Shown here: in pieces, positions 1-9,066 of the stretch | How positions within the stretch are numbered: the first letter of the stretch is position 1 | How the letters are laid out: the number at the start of each line of letters is the position of its first letter | Origin: Candidatus Saccharimonadota bacterium | GTDB taxonomy: Bacteria > Patescibacteriota > Saccharimonadia > Saccharimonadales > Saccharimonadaceae | Assembly (NCBI GenBank): GCA_013332965.2 | Contig: JABCPR020000048.1 | Coordinates: 1-45,381 of the forward strand | Reading direction: 5' to 3' | Length of the DNA: 45,381 bases | Notes under the pieces: model-generated | What the model was told of the DNA's origin: nothing | Database searches by the model: none | Seen by the model: the letters and a program-made list of their open reading frames with translations, nothing else | Position numbers and translations under genes: made by a program

Positions 1-13
1 AGATAAGGACAAG

Positions 14-36
14 AAAAAAGACCTTTTGGGTCTTTT
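14..36 (-). terminator. Intrinsic terminator closing the tRNA-Ala/minihelix transcript
   Basis: Minus strand reads AAAAGACC-CAAAA-GGTCTTTTTT: hairpin plus U-tract. Confidence 0.7.
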
Positions 37-38
37 GT

Positions 39-74
39 TGGTGGAGTATCTAGCGGGGGGACGCTAAATACCCC
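39..74 (-). ncRNA. Candidate tRNA-Ala minihelix (acceptor-stem mimic)
   Basis: Minus strand GGGGTATTTAGCG-TCCCCC-CGCTAGATACTCC-ACCA: 13-bp stem with G3:U pair, A discriminator and CCA end. Confidence 0.5.
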
Positions 75-96
75 ATGGCTGATTTTATCAGAAAAA

Positions 97-173
97 TGGT
101 GGAGTAACAGGGATTCAAACCCTGGACCTCTGCCTTGCAAAGGCAGCGCTCTAATCAGCTGAGCTATTACCCC
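97..173 (-). tRNA. tRNA-Ala (TGC)
   Basis: GGGGTAA/TTACTCC acceptor stem with G3:U70, anticodon arm CTGCC-TT-TGC-AA-GGCAG, encoded CCA. Confidence 0.95.
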
Positions 174-182
174 AGTGGAATT

Positions 183-211
183 ATATTAGCAAAGAATAAG
201 TTTAATGTCAA
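183..211 (-). promoter_or_regulatory. sigma70 promoter for tRNA-Ala
   Basis: Minus strand TTGACA-17 nt-TAATAT with extended TGn. Confidence 0.75.
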
Positions 212-329
212 TAAAAAAGATAGAGTGACTAATAAATATTAATGAGGATGGAGGAGTGGGTATAGTGATAGATATAAATGACAGCATGGCATTAAAATAT
301 ATTATAAAATAATAATTAACTTTAGCATA

Positions 330-358
330 TTGACAAAGTGCTTCTGTTATTGTATAAT
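330..358 (+). promoter_or_regulatory. Consensus sigma70 promoter for the KGG gene
   Basis: TTGACA (330-335)-17 nt-TATAAT (353-358). Confidence 0.8.
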
Positions 359-459
359 ACAAGACATAAGCCAAAAGGTGCGTCAGAGAGAGACACTTTG
401 AGGTGGTGAGGGGAACAATAACAATTATTAATATTTCTGGTGGGCAGAAAGAGAATTAA

Positions 460-666
460 ATGGCAGGAACTAAACAAGGTGGCCTTAAGGCTGCAGCAAC
501 TAACCGTGAGAAATACGGTAAAGACTTTTACGCAAAGATCGGCCAAAAAGGTGGACGATTAGGTTGTACTGGTGGATTTGCAGCAAACCCTGCACTTGCA
601 AAAATTGCCGGTGCTAAAGGTGGTCGTATTACACGACGTGGCCCAGCTAAGAAAAATGTTGCTTAA
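460..666 (+). CDS. KGG-motif (stress-induced, YciG/Con-10-like) small basic protein
   Basis: Repeated IGQKGG / AGAKGG motifs and GGFAAN; own promoter and terminator. Confidence 0.85.
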   Translation: MAGTKQGGLKAAATNREKYGKDFYAKIGQKGGRLGCTGGFAANPALAKIAGAKGGRITRRGPAKKNVA

Positions 667-721
667 TTTAAAGATTAATAACTTATTAGCTTAAAATATT
701 AGCTAGATCCATCTAGAAATT

Positions 722-749
722 GACGAACCCAGAAATGGGTTCGTTTTTT
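722..749 (+). terminator. Intrinsic terminator
   Basis: GACGAACCCA-GAAA-TGGGTTCGTT followed by T-tract. Confidence 0.85.
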
Positions 750-829
750 ATAATGTTCGGATTTTTATTAAAAGAGGTTATGGATAAATAACTTAAATGT
801 GATATATTATAGAGAGAAAAGGAGGTGAT

Positions 830-1189
830 ATGAATTTTAATGAATACCAAGAAAGTGCACGAAAATACGACACTTTCTCTTATGAAGATTTTGTAAGGGC
901 GGGATCAAAAGTGTCCGATGTTGGCGTTTTGGAGAAGGTATTAGGGATTGCTGGTGAGGCTGGTGAGGCATGTGACAAAATTAAAAAGATTATTCGTGAC
1001 AACGATGGTGTGGTGACAGATGAGAAACGCCTAGAGATCATAAAAGAATTTGGTGATGTCTTGTGGTATCTTGCAATGGTTTCGCGATATCTTGGAGTGG
1101 AATTTAATGAGGTGGCAGAGATAAATCTAAAGAAGCTCGAAGATCGATTTCAGAGAAACCAGATTCATGGGGCGGGCGATAATCGCTAG
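830..1189 (+). CDS. MazG-like NTP pyrophosphohydrolase
   Basis: LGIAGEAGE...KEFGDVLWYL...NLKKL motifs; AGGAGG RBS. Confidence 0.85.
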   Translation: MNFNEYQESARKYDTFSYEDFVRAGSKVSDVGVLEKVLGIAGEAGEACDKIKKIIRDNDGVVTDEKRLEIIKEFGDVLWYLAMVSRYLGVEFNEVAEINLKKLEDRFQRNQIHGAGDNR

Positions 1190-1261
1190 AGGTTTAAATT
1201 TGAAGTCTTAGACTCCAAACACTTAAAAAAATAGGTATTGAGAGTTTTGGGCCTTTCGGGC

Positions 1262-1756
1262 TTAGATTAAATCGCAATGGGGGCAATACCAGGTTTGGTT
1301 TTTATCCTGAAACATGGTAAGGCCGCATTTTTTGCAAGTAGTTTTTTGGTGGAGCCAACGACGGTAGGTATCAAGATGAGCTTCGGCAAAATCTTGGTTG
1401 AAAATTAGGTGATATTTTGTTTGTAGATTAGGGTGATTCTCGAGAATTGTTTGGGCCGCATGCCAGGCTTCGGTTTCGATCTTGATACGATCGATGGAAA
1501 GCTGAAAGTTACGATGGCCAGAAATGGCATGACCTAGTTCGTGGAGTAGTTGGAGGGCAAAATCTTGAAAGGAATTGTTTGTATCATTTGGGTTACTAGG
1601 CTCGTAAAAAATAGTGTTTGGCGGGCGGAAGAGGAAGCGGGGGCCGGGTTGAAAGCAAAAATTAGGATAGAGGGATTTTAGGTCAGCAAGAAAATTGGAG
1701 AACGGGCTGTTTGATGACTGTTTTTTTATTTGATTAGAAGAATTTGCCTGACTCAT
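1262..1756 (-). CDS. Hypothetical protein with HExxH motif and C-terminal zinc ribbon
   Basis: LLHELGH...E motif and CKKC...CPHC; start moved to the ATG at 1756, 7 nt after a TATAAT box. Confidence 0.7.
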   Translation of the reverse strand: MSQANSSNQIKKQSSNSPFSNFLADLKSLYPNFCFQPGPRFLFRPPNTIFYEPSNPNDTNNSFQDFALQLLHELGHAISGHRNFQLSIDRIKIETEAWHAAQTILENHPNLQTKYHLIFNQDFAEAHLDTYRRWLHQKTTCKKCGLTMFQDKNQTWYCPHCDLI

Positions 1757-1860
1757 TAAAAATATTATAGGTGGAGGTGGAAAAAATAAAAAGAATAAGA
1801 GGGAAGAGATGTGGGCAGAGAATGTAAGAGATGGATGGTAAGTGAGCCATAGACACACGC

Positions 1861-1889
1861 TTTACAAACAGGGGTGGATTTGGTATATT
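1861..1889 (+). promoter_or_regulatory. Probable rpsA promoter
   Basis: TTTACA-17 nt-TATATT with TGn extension. Confidence 0.55.
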
Positions 1890-1999
1890 AAAAGATAGAT
1901 TCGGGTTCGTTCATTTGGGAAAAATAGCTTAGAGGTATAAATGTTAAGTGGGAAGATTTTTCTTAAGTGAACGGGCCTGAAGAAAGGAAAATATAAGTA

Positions 2000-3067
2000 A
2001 TGGCTGATGCCAAAAAAATCACAATGGACGAATTGCTTGCTTCTGCTAGTGATTCAGTCAAAAAAGTAGTCGCTGGAGATACTGTTTCTGGTGTAGTACT
2101 TTCAGTAAAGAAACACGAGATTTTGATTGATCTCGGTGCACAGGGTGTTGGTTTAGTACCACGCCGTGAAGCTTCTTTTGCCCGCAACCTTGAGGTTGGC
2201 CAGGAAGTTTCTGCTTCAGTTATCGATCCAGAAATGGAAGACGGTACTGTACTTCTTTCACTCCGTAAGGCTGTGAAGGATAAGGGCTGGGATGAAATCC
2301 AGGCTAAGATGGACGCTGCGGAAATCGTGGAGGTTACTCCATTTGATGCCAACCGTGGTGGTCTTTTGGTCGAATACGAAGGAATCCGTGGCTTCTTGCC
2401 AGTATCACAACTTTCTGCAGAGCACTACCCACGCGTAGGTTCAGCAGATAAGGATGAGATTTTGCAACGTCTTAACTCTCTTGTTGGTAAGGGAATTAAG
2501 GTGAGAATTCTTGATGCTAACAAGAAAGATAACAAGCTTATTTTCTCTGAGAAGGAAGCTGTTAAGGATGGTCTTGCTGCTCGCTTTGCTGAGCTTCACG
2601 TTGGTGATGTAATCAAGGGTATTGTGACTGGTGTAGTCGATTTTGGCGTTTTCGTAAATGTTGAAGGTATTGAAGGTTTGATTCATATCTCTGAAATTTC
2701 TTGGGAACGTGTAAATAATCCTTCTGACTACGTGAAAGTTGGTGATGAAATCGAAGCAAAGATTATTGCTATCGACAAGGAGCGTTTGAGCCTTTCAATG
2801 AAGCAGCTCGTTGCTGATCCATGGCTTTCAGAAGTTGAGAACCTAAAGAAAGGTTCAAAAGTTGAGGGAACTGTAACTCGTATCACTCCATTTGGTGCAT
2901 TTGTACAGATTTCACCAGCTGTTGAAGCTTTGGTCCACGTCTCTGAACTTGGTGAAGGTAATGATGTTGATCCTGAAAAGATCTTTACTCTTAATGAGCG
3001 CAAGAGCTTTAAGGTGCTTGACATTGATCGTGAAGGTCGCAAGATTTCACTTTCAGTCGCTAAATAA
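2000..3067 (+). CDS. rpsA: 30S ribosomal protein S1 (four S1 domains)
   Basis: Repeated S1 motifs (FGVFV..EGLIHISEIS, FGAFV..EALVHVSEL). Confidence 0.92.
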   Translation: MADAKKITMDELLASASDSVKKVVAGDTVSGVVLSVKKHEILIDLGAQGVGLVPRREASFARNLEVGQEVSASVIDPEMEDGTVLLSLRKAVKDKGWDEIQAKMDAAEIVEVTPFDANRGGLLVEYEGIRGFLPVSQLSAEHYPRVGSADKDEILQRLNSLVGKGIKVRILDANKKDNKLIFSEKEAVKDGLAARFAELHVGDVIKGIVTGVVDFGVFVNVEGIEGLIHISEISWERVNNPSDYVKVGDEIEAKIIAIDKERLSLSMKQLVADPWLSEVENLKKGSKVEGTVTRITPFGAFVQISPAVEALVHVSELGEGNDVDPEKIFTLNERKSFKVLDIDREGRKISLSVAK

Positions 3068-3077
3068 TTAGAGGACT

Positions 3078-3107
3078 AAAAAGAACCCCGTAACAGGGGT
3101 TCTTTTT
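3078..3107. terminator. Bidirectional terminator between rpsA and peroxiredoxin
   Basis: AAAAAGAACCCC-GTAACA-GGGGTTCTTTTT. Confidence 0.85.
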
Positions 3108-3120
3108 GTGGTTGAATAAA

Positions 3121-3798
3121 TTATTTATTCAATGGTTTGTGACAGAGCCACCAATCTTCACAGGTAAATTCGCCGGCTTTTGCTGCGGCAAAACGTTCCT
3201 TGACAGTGGCAATGTCTTTGGCTGGAGGGACAATAACGTCGGCACCGAAGAGTTCGTTGTTTGGCCAGTCGGCAGGAAGAGCAACTTTGTGTTCTTCTGA
3301 AGTCTGGAGGCCTTTAACAATACGAATTAATTCATCCATATTGCGACCAAGCTCTTGTGGGTAATAAAGGATGGCGCGGACTTTGCCTTCTGGATCAATG
3401 ACGAAGACGGCACGGACAGTATTGGTGTCATGGTTTTTACCTGGATGGATGAAACCAAGCTTGCCGGAAACGAGGCCAGTGTCAGCAATGATTGGGAACT
3501 CGATTTCAACATCGAAGTGCTCCTTGATCCATTCAGTCCACTTGATGTGGGAGAAGACCTGGTCAACGGAAAGACCGAGAAGTTCAGTATTCATCTCGCG
3601 GAATTTAGCGTAATTCTTCTGGAAGGAAACGAATTCGGTAGTACAGACTGGAGTGAAGTCGGCTGGATGGCTAAAAAGAACAAGCCATTTGCCAGCGTAG
3701 TCGCCAGGTAAAGTTTTTGGACCATGAGTGGTTTGAACTTGCATGGTTGGCAGCATTTCACCAATAAGAGGGATATGCTGAATTTCATTATCGTTCAT
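3121..3798 (-). CDS. Peroxiredoxin, Prx6 subfamily
   Basis: [12 protein letters not shown] active site, GRN, C-terminal CEDWWLC; start at ATG 3798 with AAGGAG RBS. Confidence 0.92.
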   Translation of the reverse strand: MNDNEIQHIPLIGEMLPTMQVQTTHGPKTLPGDYAGKWLVLFSHPADFTPVCTTEFVSFQKNYAKFREMNTELLGLSVDQVFSHIKWTEWIKEHFDVEIEFPIIADTGLVSGKLGFIHPGKNHDTNTVRAVFVIDPEGKVRAILYYPQELGRNMDELIRIVKGLQTSEEHKVALPADWPNNELFGADVIVPPAKDIATVKERFAAAKAGEFTCEDWWLCHKPLNK

Positions 3799-4003
3799 AA
3801 AAATCTCCTTGTTAAGGTTTGTGTATTTTTTGGTCGGGAAGACCCCTAATTTTTTTATCAAAGTTGTGTTATTAAAACACAGTTAATCAATTTCAAGGTC
3901 GTATGCGACCATTTCTATTCTAACATAGAAACAAATTATGGGAAGAGTAATGTGATAGAATGGAGTTAATAAAAAATGAGCAGAATTGGGGAAATGATTA
4001 GCG

Positions 4004-4666
4004 ATGTTAGGTAATGATAGCCTGAAAAGATGGAAGAAGATAATATGTTTTATATTTGGTATTTTATTTTTGGTTATAATAACACTGATATTATATATGT
4101 TTAATGTGATACCTCATCGGCAATTTACTAATGAGGATTTTGGGATTGAAACTTATAAAAGCTCTGTTGATAAGGATGGGGATGGGATTGATGACCAGCC
4201 AGATTTTTTACAAAGCGTGCGGAGTTATATTGCAACAAAACCGAAATATAAAAGTAAATATTATAGGACAGGTTATCCAGATGACGGGTTTGGGGTTTGT
4301 ACGGATGTGATTGCTTTTGGACTTAGGGGAGCTGGATATGATTTGATGGAGCTGGTGAATGCTGATATTAAAGCGAATAAGAAAATGTATCAACTAGATG
4401 TTGTGGATAAAAATATTGATTTTCGCCGAGTAAATAATTTAAGGATATTTTTTGAACGTAATGCGAAGTCTTTAACGACAGATCTAACAGATATAAAAGA
4501 ATGGCAGGGTGGAGATATAATTGTGTTCAAGACGCATATTGGTGTAGTATCGGATAAAAGAAATTGGCGAGGAATACCTTTTATTATTCATAATGGTGGA
4601 CTTCATTTTGAAGAAGACATACTAGAGTACCGGACGGATATTGTGGGTCATTTTAGGATGAGCTAG
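4004..4666 (+). CDS. DUF1287 family membrane-anchored protein
   Basis: N-terminal TM helix; GVCTDV, NIDFRRV and HIGVVSD motifs. Confidence 0.8.
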   Translation: MLGNDSLKRWKKIICFIFGILFLVIITLILYMFNVIPHRQFTNEDFGIETYKSSVDKDGDGIDDQPDFLQSVRSYIATKPKYKSKYYRTGYPDDGFGVCTDVIAFGLRGAGYDLMELVNADIKANKKMYQLDVVDKNIDFRRVNNLRIFFERNAKSLTTDLTDIKEWQGGDIIVFKTHIGVVSDKRNWRGIPFIIHNGGLHFEEDILEYRTDIVGHFRMS

Positions 4667-4717
4667 GTTTTAATATGTGATTTTAAACAATAATCCTAAA
4701 AATCTAAGAGGAGAAAA

Positions 4718-5311
4718 ATGGATAAGCTTACATATAAATATTACAGAAAAAATGGCGGGAAAAAAGTATTCATTGTCTTGCATGGTAGTGGACCAGTTGG
4801 CGTGGAGACTAGCTTTATTGCATCTATTTTTGATGCTATCGCAACAACAAAGAATAGTGTCATCGGTTTTAATTTCCCATTCTGTGATCGCGAAGAAGTT
4901 AACTCGAGTGGATCAGAACTAAAAGAAGAGGTGGGCGCACTAAAGTGTGTGATGGATTTTGTCCACTCAGAGGGCTATGAAGAAATTGGGATTATAGCAA
5001 AATCTCTTGGTGGTATTATCGCTAGTTACTATTTGGAGCAATACCCAGATAGTAAAATAGATTTAACAATTTTAGGATACATTCCAAATGAGATTAGACA
5101 AAATGCGATCATAAATAATTTAAGTCTTGTTATTCAAGGTGAAAATGACCGTTTCGCATCGCCATCTAAAATTAAAGAACTTGTTAATGAATCAGTTGAG
5201 GTCGTTGCCATAATAAATGCAGATCATAGTTATAGGAATGAGAAAAAAGAACCTATATATCAGGGTCTTGTAATTAAAGAACTACTTGAATGGACAAAGA
5301 GAAAAAAGTAA
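4718..5311 (+). CDS. Alpha/beta hydrolase family protein
   Basis: LHGSG, AKSLGG nucleophile elbow, QGENDRF and ADH triad motifs; GAGGAG RBS. Confidence 0.8.
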   Translation: MDKLTYKYYRKNGGKKVFIVLHGSGPVGVETSFIASIFDAIATTKNSVIGFNFPFCDREEVNSSGSELKEEVGALKCVMDFVHSEGYEEIGIIAKSLGGIIASYYLEQYPDSKIDLTILGYIPNEIRQNAIINNLSLVIQGENDRFASPSKIKELVNESVEVVAIINADHSYRNEKKEPIYQGLVIKELLEWTKRKK

Positions 5312-5381
5312 GGTTGTTTATAGTTTTAAGTTTTACAGAATTATATAGTGTTTTAATATAACTTAGGAGAGGTAGTATAAC

Positions 5382-5404
5382 AAAAAACAGACCTTTAGGG
5401 TCTG
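5382..5404 (-). terminator. Terminator after tRNA-Asn
   Basis: CAGACC/GGTCTG stem with U-tract on the minus strand. Confidence 0.65.
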
Positions 5405-5415
5405 AATTTTCATAG

Positions 5416-5490
5416 TGGCTCCCCCGGTCAGGCTCGAACTGACAACCTCGAAGTTAACAGCTTCTTGCTCCACCATTGAGCTACAGGGGA
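5416..5490 (-). tRNA. tRNA-Asn (GTT)
   Basis: TCCCCTG...GAAG-CT-GTT-AA-CTTC...GTTCGAGCC...GGGGGAGCCA cloverleaf; promoter TTGCAT-17-TATAAT at 5531-5503. Confidence 0.95.
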
Positions 5491-5598
5491 ATCTATGGAG
5501 AGATTATAACGCAACCGGCGCAGCAATGCAAGGGGTTTTGAAACGAGATAGTTGATGCAAAATGATATAATAGTTTTTAGAGATTAGTAGAGGTTAAA

Positions 5599-6345
5599 AT
5601 GAAACAGCTTGAGAAATTGTTGAAGATTCAGGATATTATCGTTGAGACAGAAAAGGAACAGAAAAAGATTATTAATGGCATTTCTTTTGAGGTTAATGAG
5701 GGTGAGACGGTAGTGATTTTGGGGCCGAATGGGGCGGGAAAATCGACTCTAGGTGCAGCCTTGATGGGGGATAGGAGGTATAAAATTACGAGGGGAAAGA
5801 TTGAGTTTTGCGGGCAAGAGGTTAGTATGATGGATACTGACAAACGCGCCTTGCTTGGGATGATGATGACAATGCAGAGTCCAGTAGAGATCCCAGGGAT
5901 TTCTACAACTGAGGTGATTCGAAATGCTTTGATGGCTAGGGGTGAGAGGTTGCCACTTGATACGGTTCGGGAGCGAATTTCGACAGTGTGTAAAAAGTTA
6001 AAAACAAATATTTTCTTTGCGGAAAGAGACTTAAATGTGCAGTTTTCTGGAGGTGAGAAGAAGAAGAATGAAATTTTGCAAGCGATGGTTTTAAAACCAA
6101 AGCTTTTGATTTTGGACGAGATAGATTCAGGACTTGATGTGGATGCGACAGAAAAAATTTCAGAGATGCTAGCGGAACTTACAAAAGAAACTAGAGCTGC
6201 GTTTTTGGTGATTACACACAATATGCGGGTCTTAAAACATTTATCTGTGGATAAGGTGTTGATTTTGAAAGATGGAAAAATAGTGCGAACGGGTGGAGAT
6301 GAACTCATAAGAGAGGTGGAGCCTGAGGGATTTCAGAATTTATAA
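5599..6345 (+). CDS. sufC: Fe-S cluster assembly ATPase SufC
   Basis: GPNGAGKST, QSPVEIPG, FSGGEKKKNEILQ and LDEIDSGLDVDA motifs. Confidence 0.93.
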   Translation: MKQLEKLLKIQDIIVETEKEQKKIINGISFEVNEGETVVILGPNGAGKSTLGAALMGDRRYKITRGKIEFCGQEVSMMDTDKRALLGMMMTMQSPVEIPGISTTEVIRNALMARGERLPLDTVRERISTVCKKLKTNIFFAERDLNVQFSGGEKKKNEILQAMVLKPKLLILDEIDSGLDVDATEKISEMLAELTKETRAAFLVITHNMRVLKHLSVDKVLILKDGKIVRTGGDELIREVEPEGFQNL

Positions 6346-6377
6346 TAGAAGACTTAAGAGATGATAGGTGTGAAAAG

Positions 6378-7763
6378 ATGATGAAGGAGATAAAGAAAAA
6401 TAGAGGTTTAACTACAGAATATATCAGGGAGCTTTCTGCGCGAAAAAAAGAGCCAAAATGGATGTTGGAGCTTAGACTTTTAGGGCTTTCATATTGGGAA
6501 AAACTGAAGATGCCAGCATGGGCGCCGGATATTACAGAACTAAATCTTGATGACATTTTGATGTATGTGGAGCCGAAGAAAGAGATGGTAGGTAGCTGGG
6601 ATGAAGTGCCGGCGGAGATCCGGGAAACTTTTGAGCAGCTTGGAATCCCAGAGGCTGAACGTGAGCATTTGGCTGGGGTGGGAGCACAATATGATTCGGA
6701 AGTGATTTACCATAATCTGAAGGAGCAGATTGCGAAGAAGGGTGTAGTGTATTTGCCGATGGAAGAGGCGGTGGCAACAACTCAGAAGCCTAGGGAAGAG
6801 GTGATTCGTCAATATGGTGTGGATGTAGCGGAGATTTTAAAGAAGCATTTTATGAAATTAATTTCTGAATCTGACCATAAATTTGCGGCGTTACATGCGG
6901 CAGTCTGGAGTGGTGGTTCGTTTATTTATATACCCAAGAATGTCAGTGTAGAAATTCCGATTCAGAGCTATTATCGTTTGAACGCACCGGGGGCAGGGCA
7001 GTTTGAGCATACTTTGATTATTGTCGATGAGGGATCGGACTTGCATTTTATCGAAGGCTGTTCAGCACCAAAATACACAGTCTCAAATTTACATGCAGGC
7101 AGCGTGGAGCTTTATGTGAAGAAAAATAGTAGGCTAAAATTTTCGACCGTAGAAAGCTGGTCAAAAAATGTATTCAATTTGAATACAAAAAGAGCATACG
7201 TTGAGGAGGATGGGGCGATTGAATGGGTTACTGGATCATTTGGATCGCGAATTTCAATGCTTTATCCAATGGGAATCCTGGCTGGGGCTAGAGCAAAAAT
7301 GGAGTACACTGGTGTAACTTTTGCGGGTGCTGAACAAAATCTTGATACAGGTGCAAAAGTTGTTCATATCGGACCAAATACTTATTCAATGATGATGGCA
7401 AAATCTTTAAGTAAAGATGGTGGAATTTCAACTACACGAACATTGGCTAAGATTTGCAAAACGGCGGTGGGAGCAAAGTCATATACGGACTGTAAATCAC
7501 TGATTTTGGATGATAAATCGATCTCAAACGCGATTCCGGAAGTGAAGGTGGAATGTGACGATGCGGAGGTCTCACATGAGGCTAGTGTGGGGAAAATTTC
7601 AGATGAGGCAATTTACTATTTGAAGACACGAGGAATTTCTGAGGATGAGGCGAGGGCTATGATCGTGCGAGGATTTACGGGGGATATATCGAAAGAACTA
7701 CCAATTGAGTATGCAATGGAAATGAATAATTTAATTAAGATGGAAATGGAAGGAACCGCATAA
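6378..7763 (+). CDS. sufB: Fe-S cluster assembly scaffold SufB
   Basis: LGIPEAE...GVGAQYDSEV, GQFEHTL, EGCSAP, HEASVG and ELPIEYA motifs. Confidence 0.93.
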   Translation: MMKEIKKNRGLTTEYIRELSARKKEPKWMLELRLLGLSYWEKLKMPAWAPDITELNLDDILMYVEPKKEMVGSWDEVPAEIRETFEQLGIPEAEREHLAGVGAQYDSEVIYHNLKEQIAKKGVVYLPMEEAVATTQKPREEVIRQYGVDVAEILKKHFMKLISESDHKFAALHAAVWSGGSFIYIPKNVSVEIPIQSYYRLNAPGAGQFEHTLIIVDEGSDLHFIEGCSAPKYTVSNLHAGSVELYVKKNSRLKFSTVESWSKNVFNLNTKRAYVEEDGAIEWVTGSFGSRISMLYPMGILAGARAKMEYTGVTFAGAEQNLDTGAKVVHIGPNTYSMMMAKSLSKDGGISTTRTLAKICKTAVGAKSYTDCKSLILDDKSISNAIPEVKVECDDAEVSHEASVGKISDEAIYYLKTRGISEDEARAMIVRGFTGDISKELPIEYAMEMNNLIKMEMEGTA

Positions 7764-9001
7764 TGTATCGGGAGGAATTTGAAATTTTTGAGTTGGCGCC
7801 GGAATTAATCGATCCAATGATGCCTTTTGTATATCTAGATAGTGCGGCAACTATGCAGAGACCGAAACAGGTGATCGAGAAAGTTTCCGAGTACTATAAG
7901 ACACTAAACGCCAATCCATTAAGAGGATTGTATAAAATAAGTGAACAGTCTACGAGATTGCTAAACCAGACTCGTACTAAGGTAGCTGAGTATATAGGCG
8001 CAGGGGCAGATGAGGTGATTTTTACTAAGAATGCCACTGAGGCAATAAATTTGGTTGCAAATGGAGTAAGAGAGTTGATTGGGGATGGGAAAATCTTGAT
8101 TAGTCTAGATTCACACCATAGTAATATATTGCCATTCACCGAGAGATATGGTGAACGGGTTTTGATCTGTGAAGATGTGGTGACGGAATACATGAAGTTG
8201 AAATCGGTGGGGGAGCAAAGCACGGATGTGAAAATTGTGGCTTTGACAGGACTTTCAAATGTTACTGGTAATGAACAGATTGAGACGGTACAAAAACTAA
8301 GAAAAGTAGGTTTTAATGGATTGATCTTGCTTGATGCAGCGCAGTTGATTGCACATCGAAAAATTAACCTTGAGATGCTTGATGTGGATTTTTTGGCGTT
8401 TTCGGGACATAAGATTGGTGCACCAATGGGCATAGGAGTGCTTTATATGCGTCGAGAGCTTATGGAAAAGGTCAAACCATTGAATTATGGCGGGGAGATG
8501 GTGGATGCCGTAGAAATTGCTGAGAATGCGCGAGAAGAGGCAAATAAGACTAGCGATCCTGTTATGGTGCGGGCGGATTATGCGTTTGGGCCTCAGAAGT
8601 TTGAAGGTGGAACAATTGATATGGGCGGAGTGGTTGGACTCTTGCAGGCGATTAGCTTTTGGAATAAAAATAATAAAGACGAAGAGCTATTTGCTGAGAC
8701 TAGAAAATTGACTGAATATGCCGTGGAGAAACTATCTGCAATTTCAGACTTAGAACTTTTTTATGGCAAAAATGGCATAATTTTATTTAATATTAGGGGA
8801 GTGCATCCACATGATACGGCTCAGATTTTGAGTAATTATGGTGTGATGGTGCGGGCTGGATGGCATTGTGCAGAGCCAGTATTGACGAAGCGAAAAATTG
8901 GCCCAGCGGTGCGTGTGAGTTTGATGTTTTATAACACAAGATCCGAAATTAATTATTTGGTATCAATTTTGGGAAAGATTCGTAAGGAGATGGGGCTTTA
9001 A
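7763..9001 (+). CDS. sufS: Cysteine desulfurase SufS
   Basis: YLDSAAT, FSGHK (PLP lysine), HPHD and RAGWHCA catalytic Cys. Confidence 0.9.
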   Translation: MYREEFEIFELAPELIDPMMPFVYLDSAATMQRPKQVIEKVSEYYKTLNANPLRGLYKISEQSTRLLNQTRTKVAEYIGAGADEVIFTKNATEAINLVANGVRELIGDGKILISLDSHHSNILPFTERYGERVLICEDVVTEYMKLKSVGEQSTDVKIVALTGLSNVTGNEQIETVQKLRKVGFNGLILLDAAQLIAHRKINLEMLDVDFLAFSGHKIGAPMGIGVLYMRRELMEKVKPLNYGGEMVDAVEIAENAREEANKTSDPVMVRADYAFGPQKFEGGTIDMGGVVGLLQAISFWNKNNKDEELFAETRKLTEYAVEKLSAISDLELFYGKNGIILFNIRGVHPHDTAQILSNYGVMVRAGWHCAEPVLTKRKIGPAVRVSLMFYNTRSEINYLVSILGKIRKEMGL

Positions 9002-9066
9002 TTATTCTTTAAATTAAAATATTTTTTGAGTAAAAAGTAAGCTAAAGATAGAGGATTGAGTAAAAA

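Noticed and set aside
39..48. TGGTGGAGTA duplication of the tRNA-Ala 3' end as an integration (att) scar
   Set aside because: The 5' strand GGGGTA is duplicated too and pairs fully, the copies are only 58 bp apart, and no integrase is visible. The minihelix reading fits better, though sequence left of the window is unseen.
186..546. Minus-strand ORFs 186-374 and 322-546
   Set aside because: They run through the divergent tRNA and KGG promoters and lack RBS or recognisable features.
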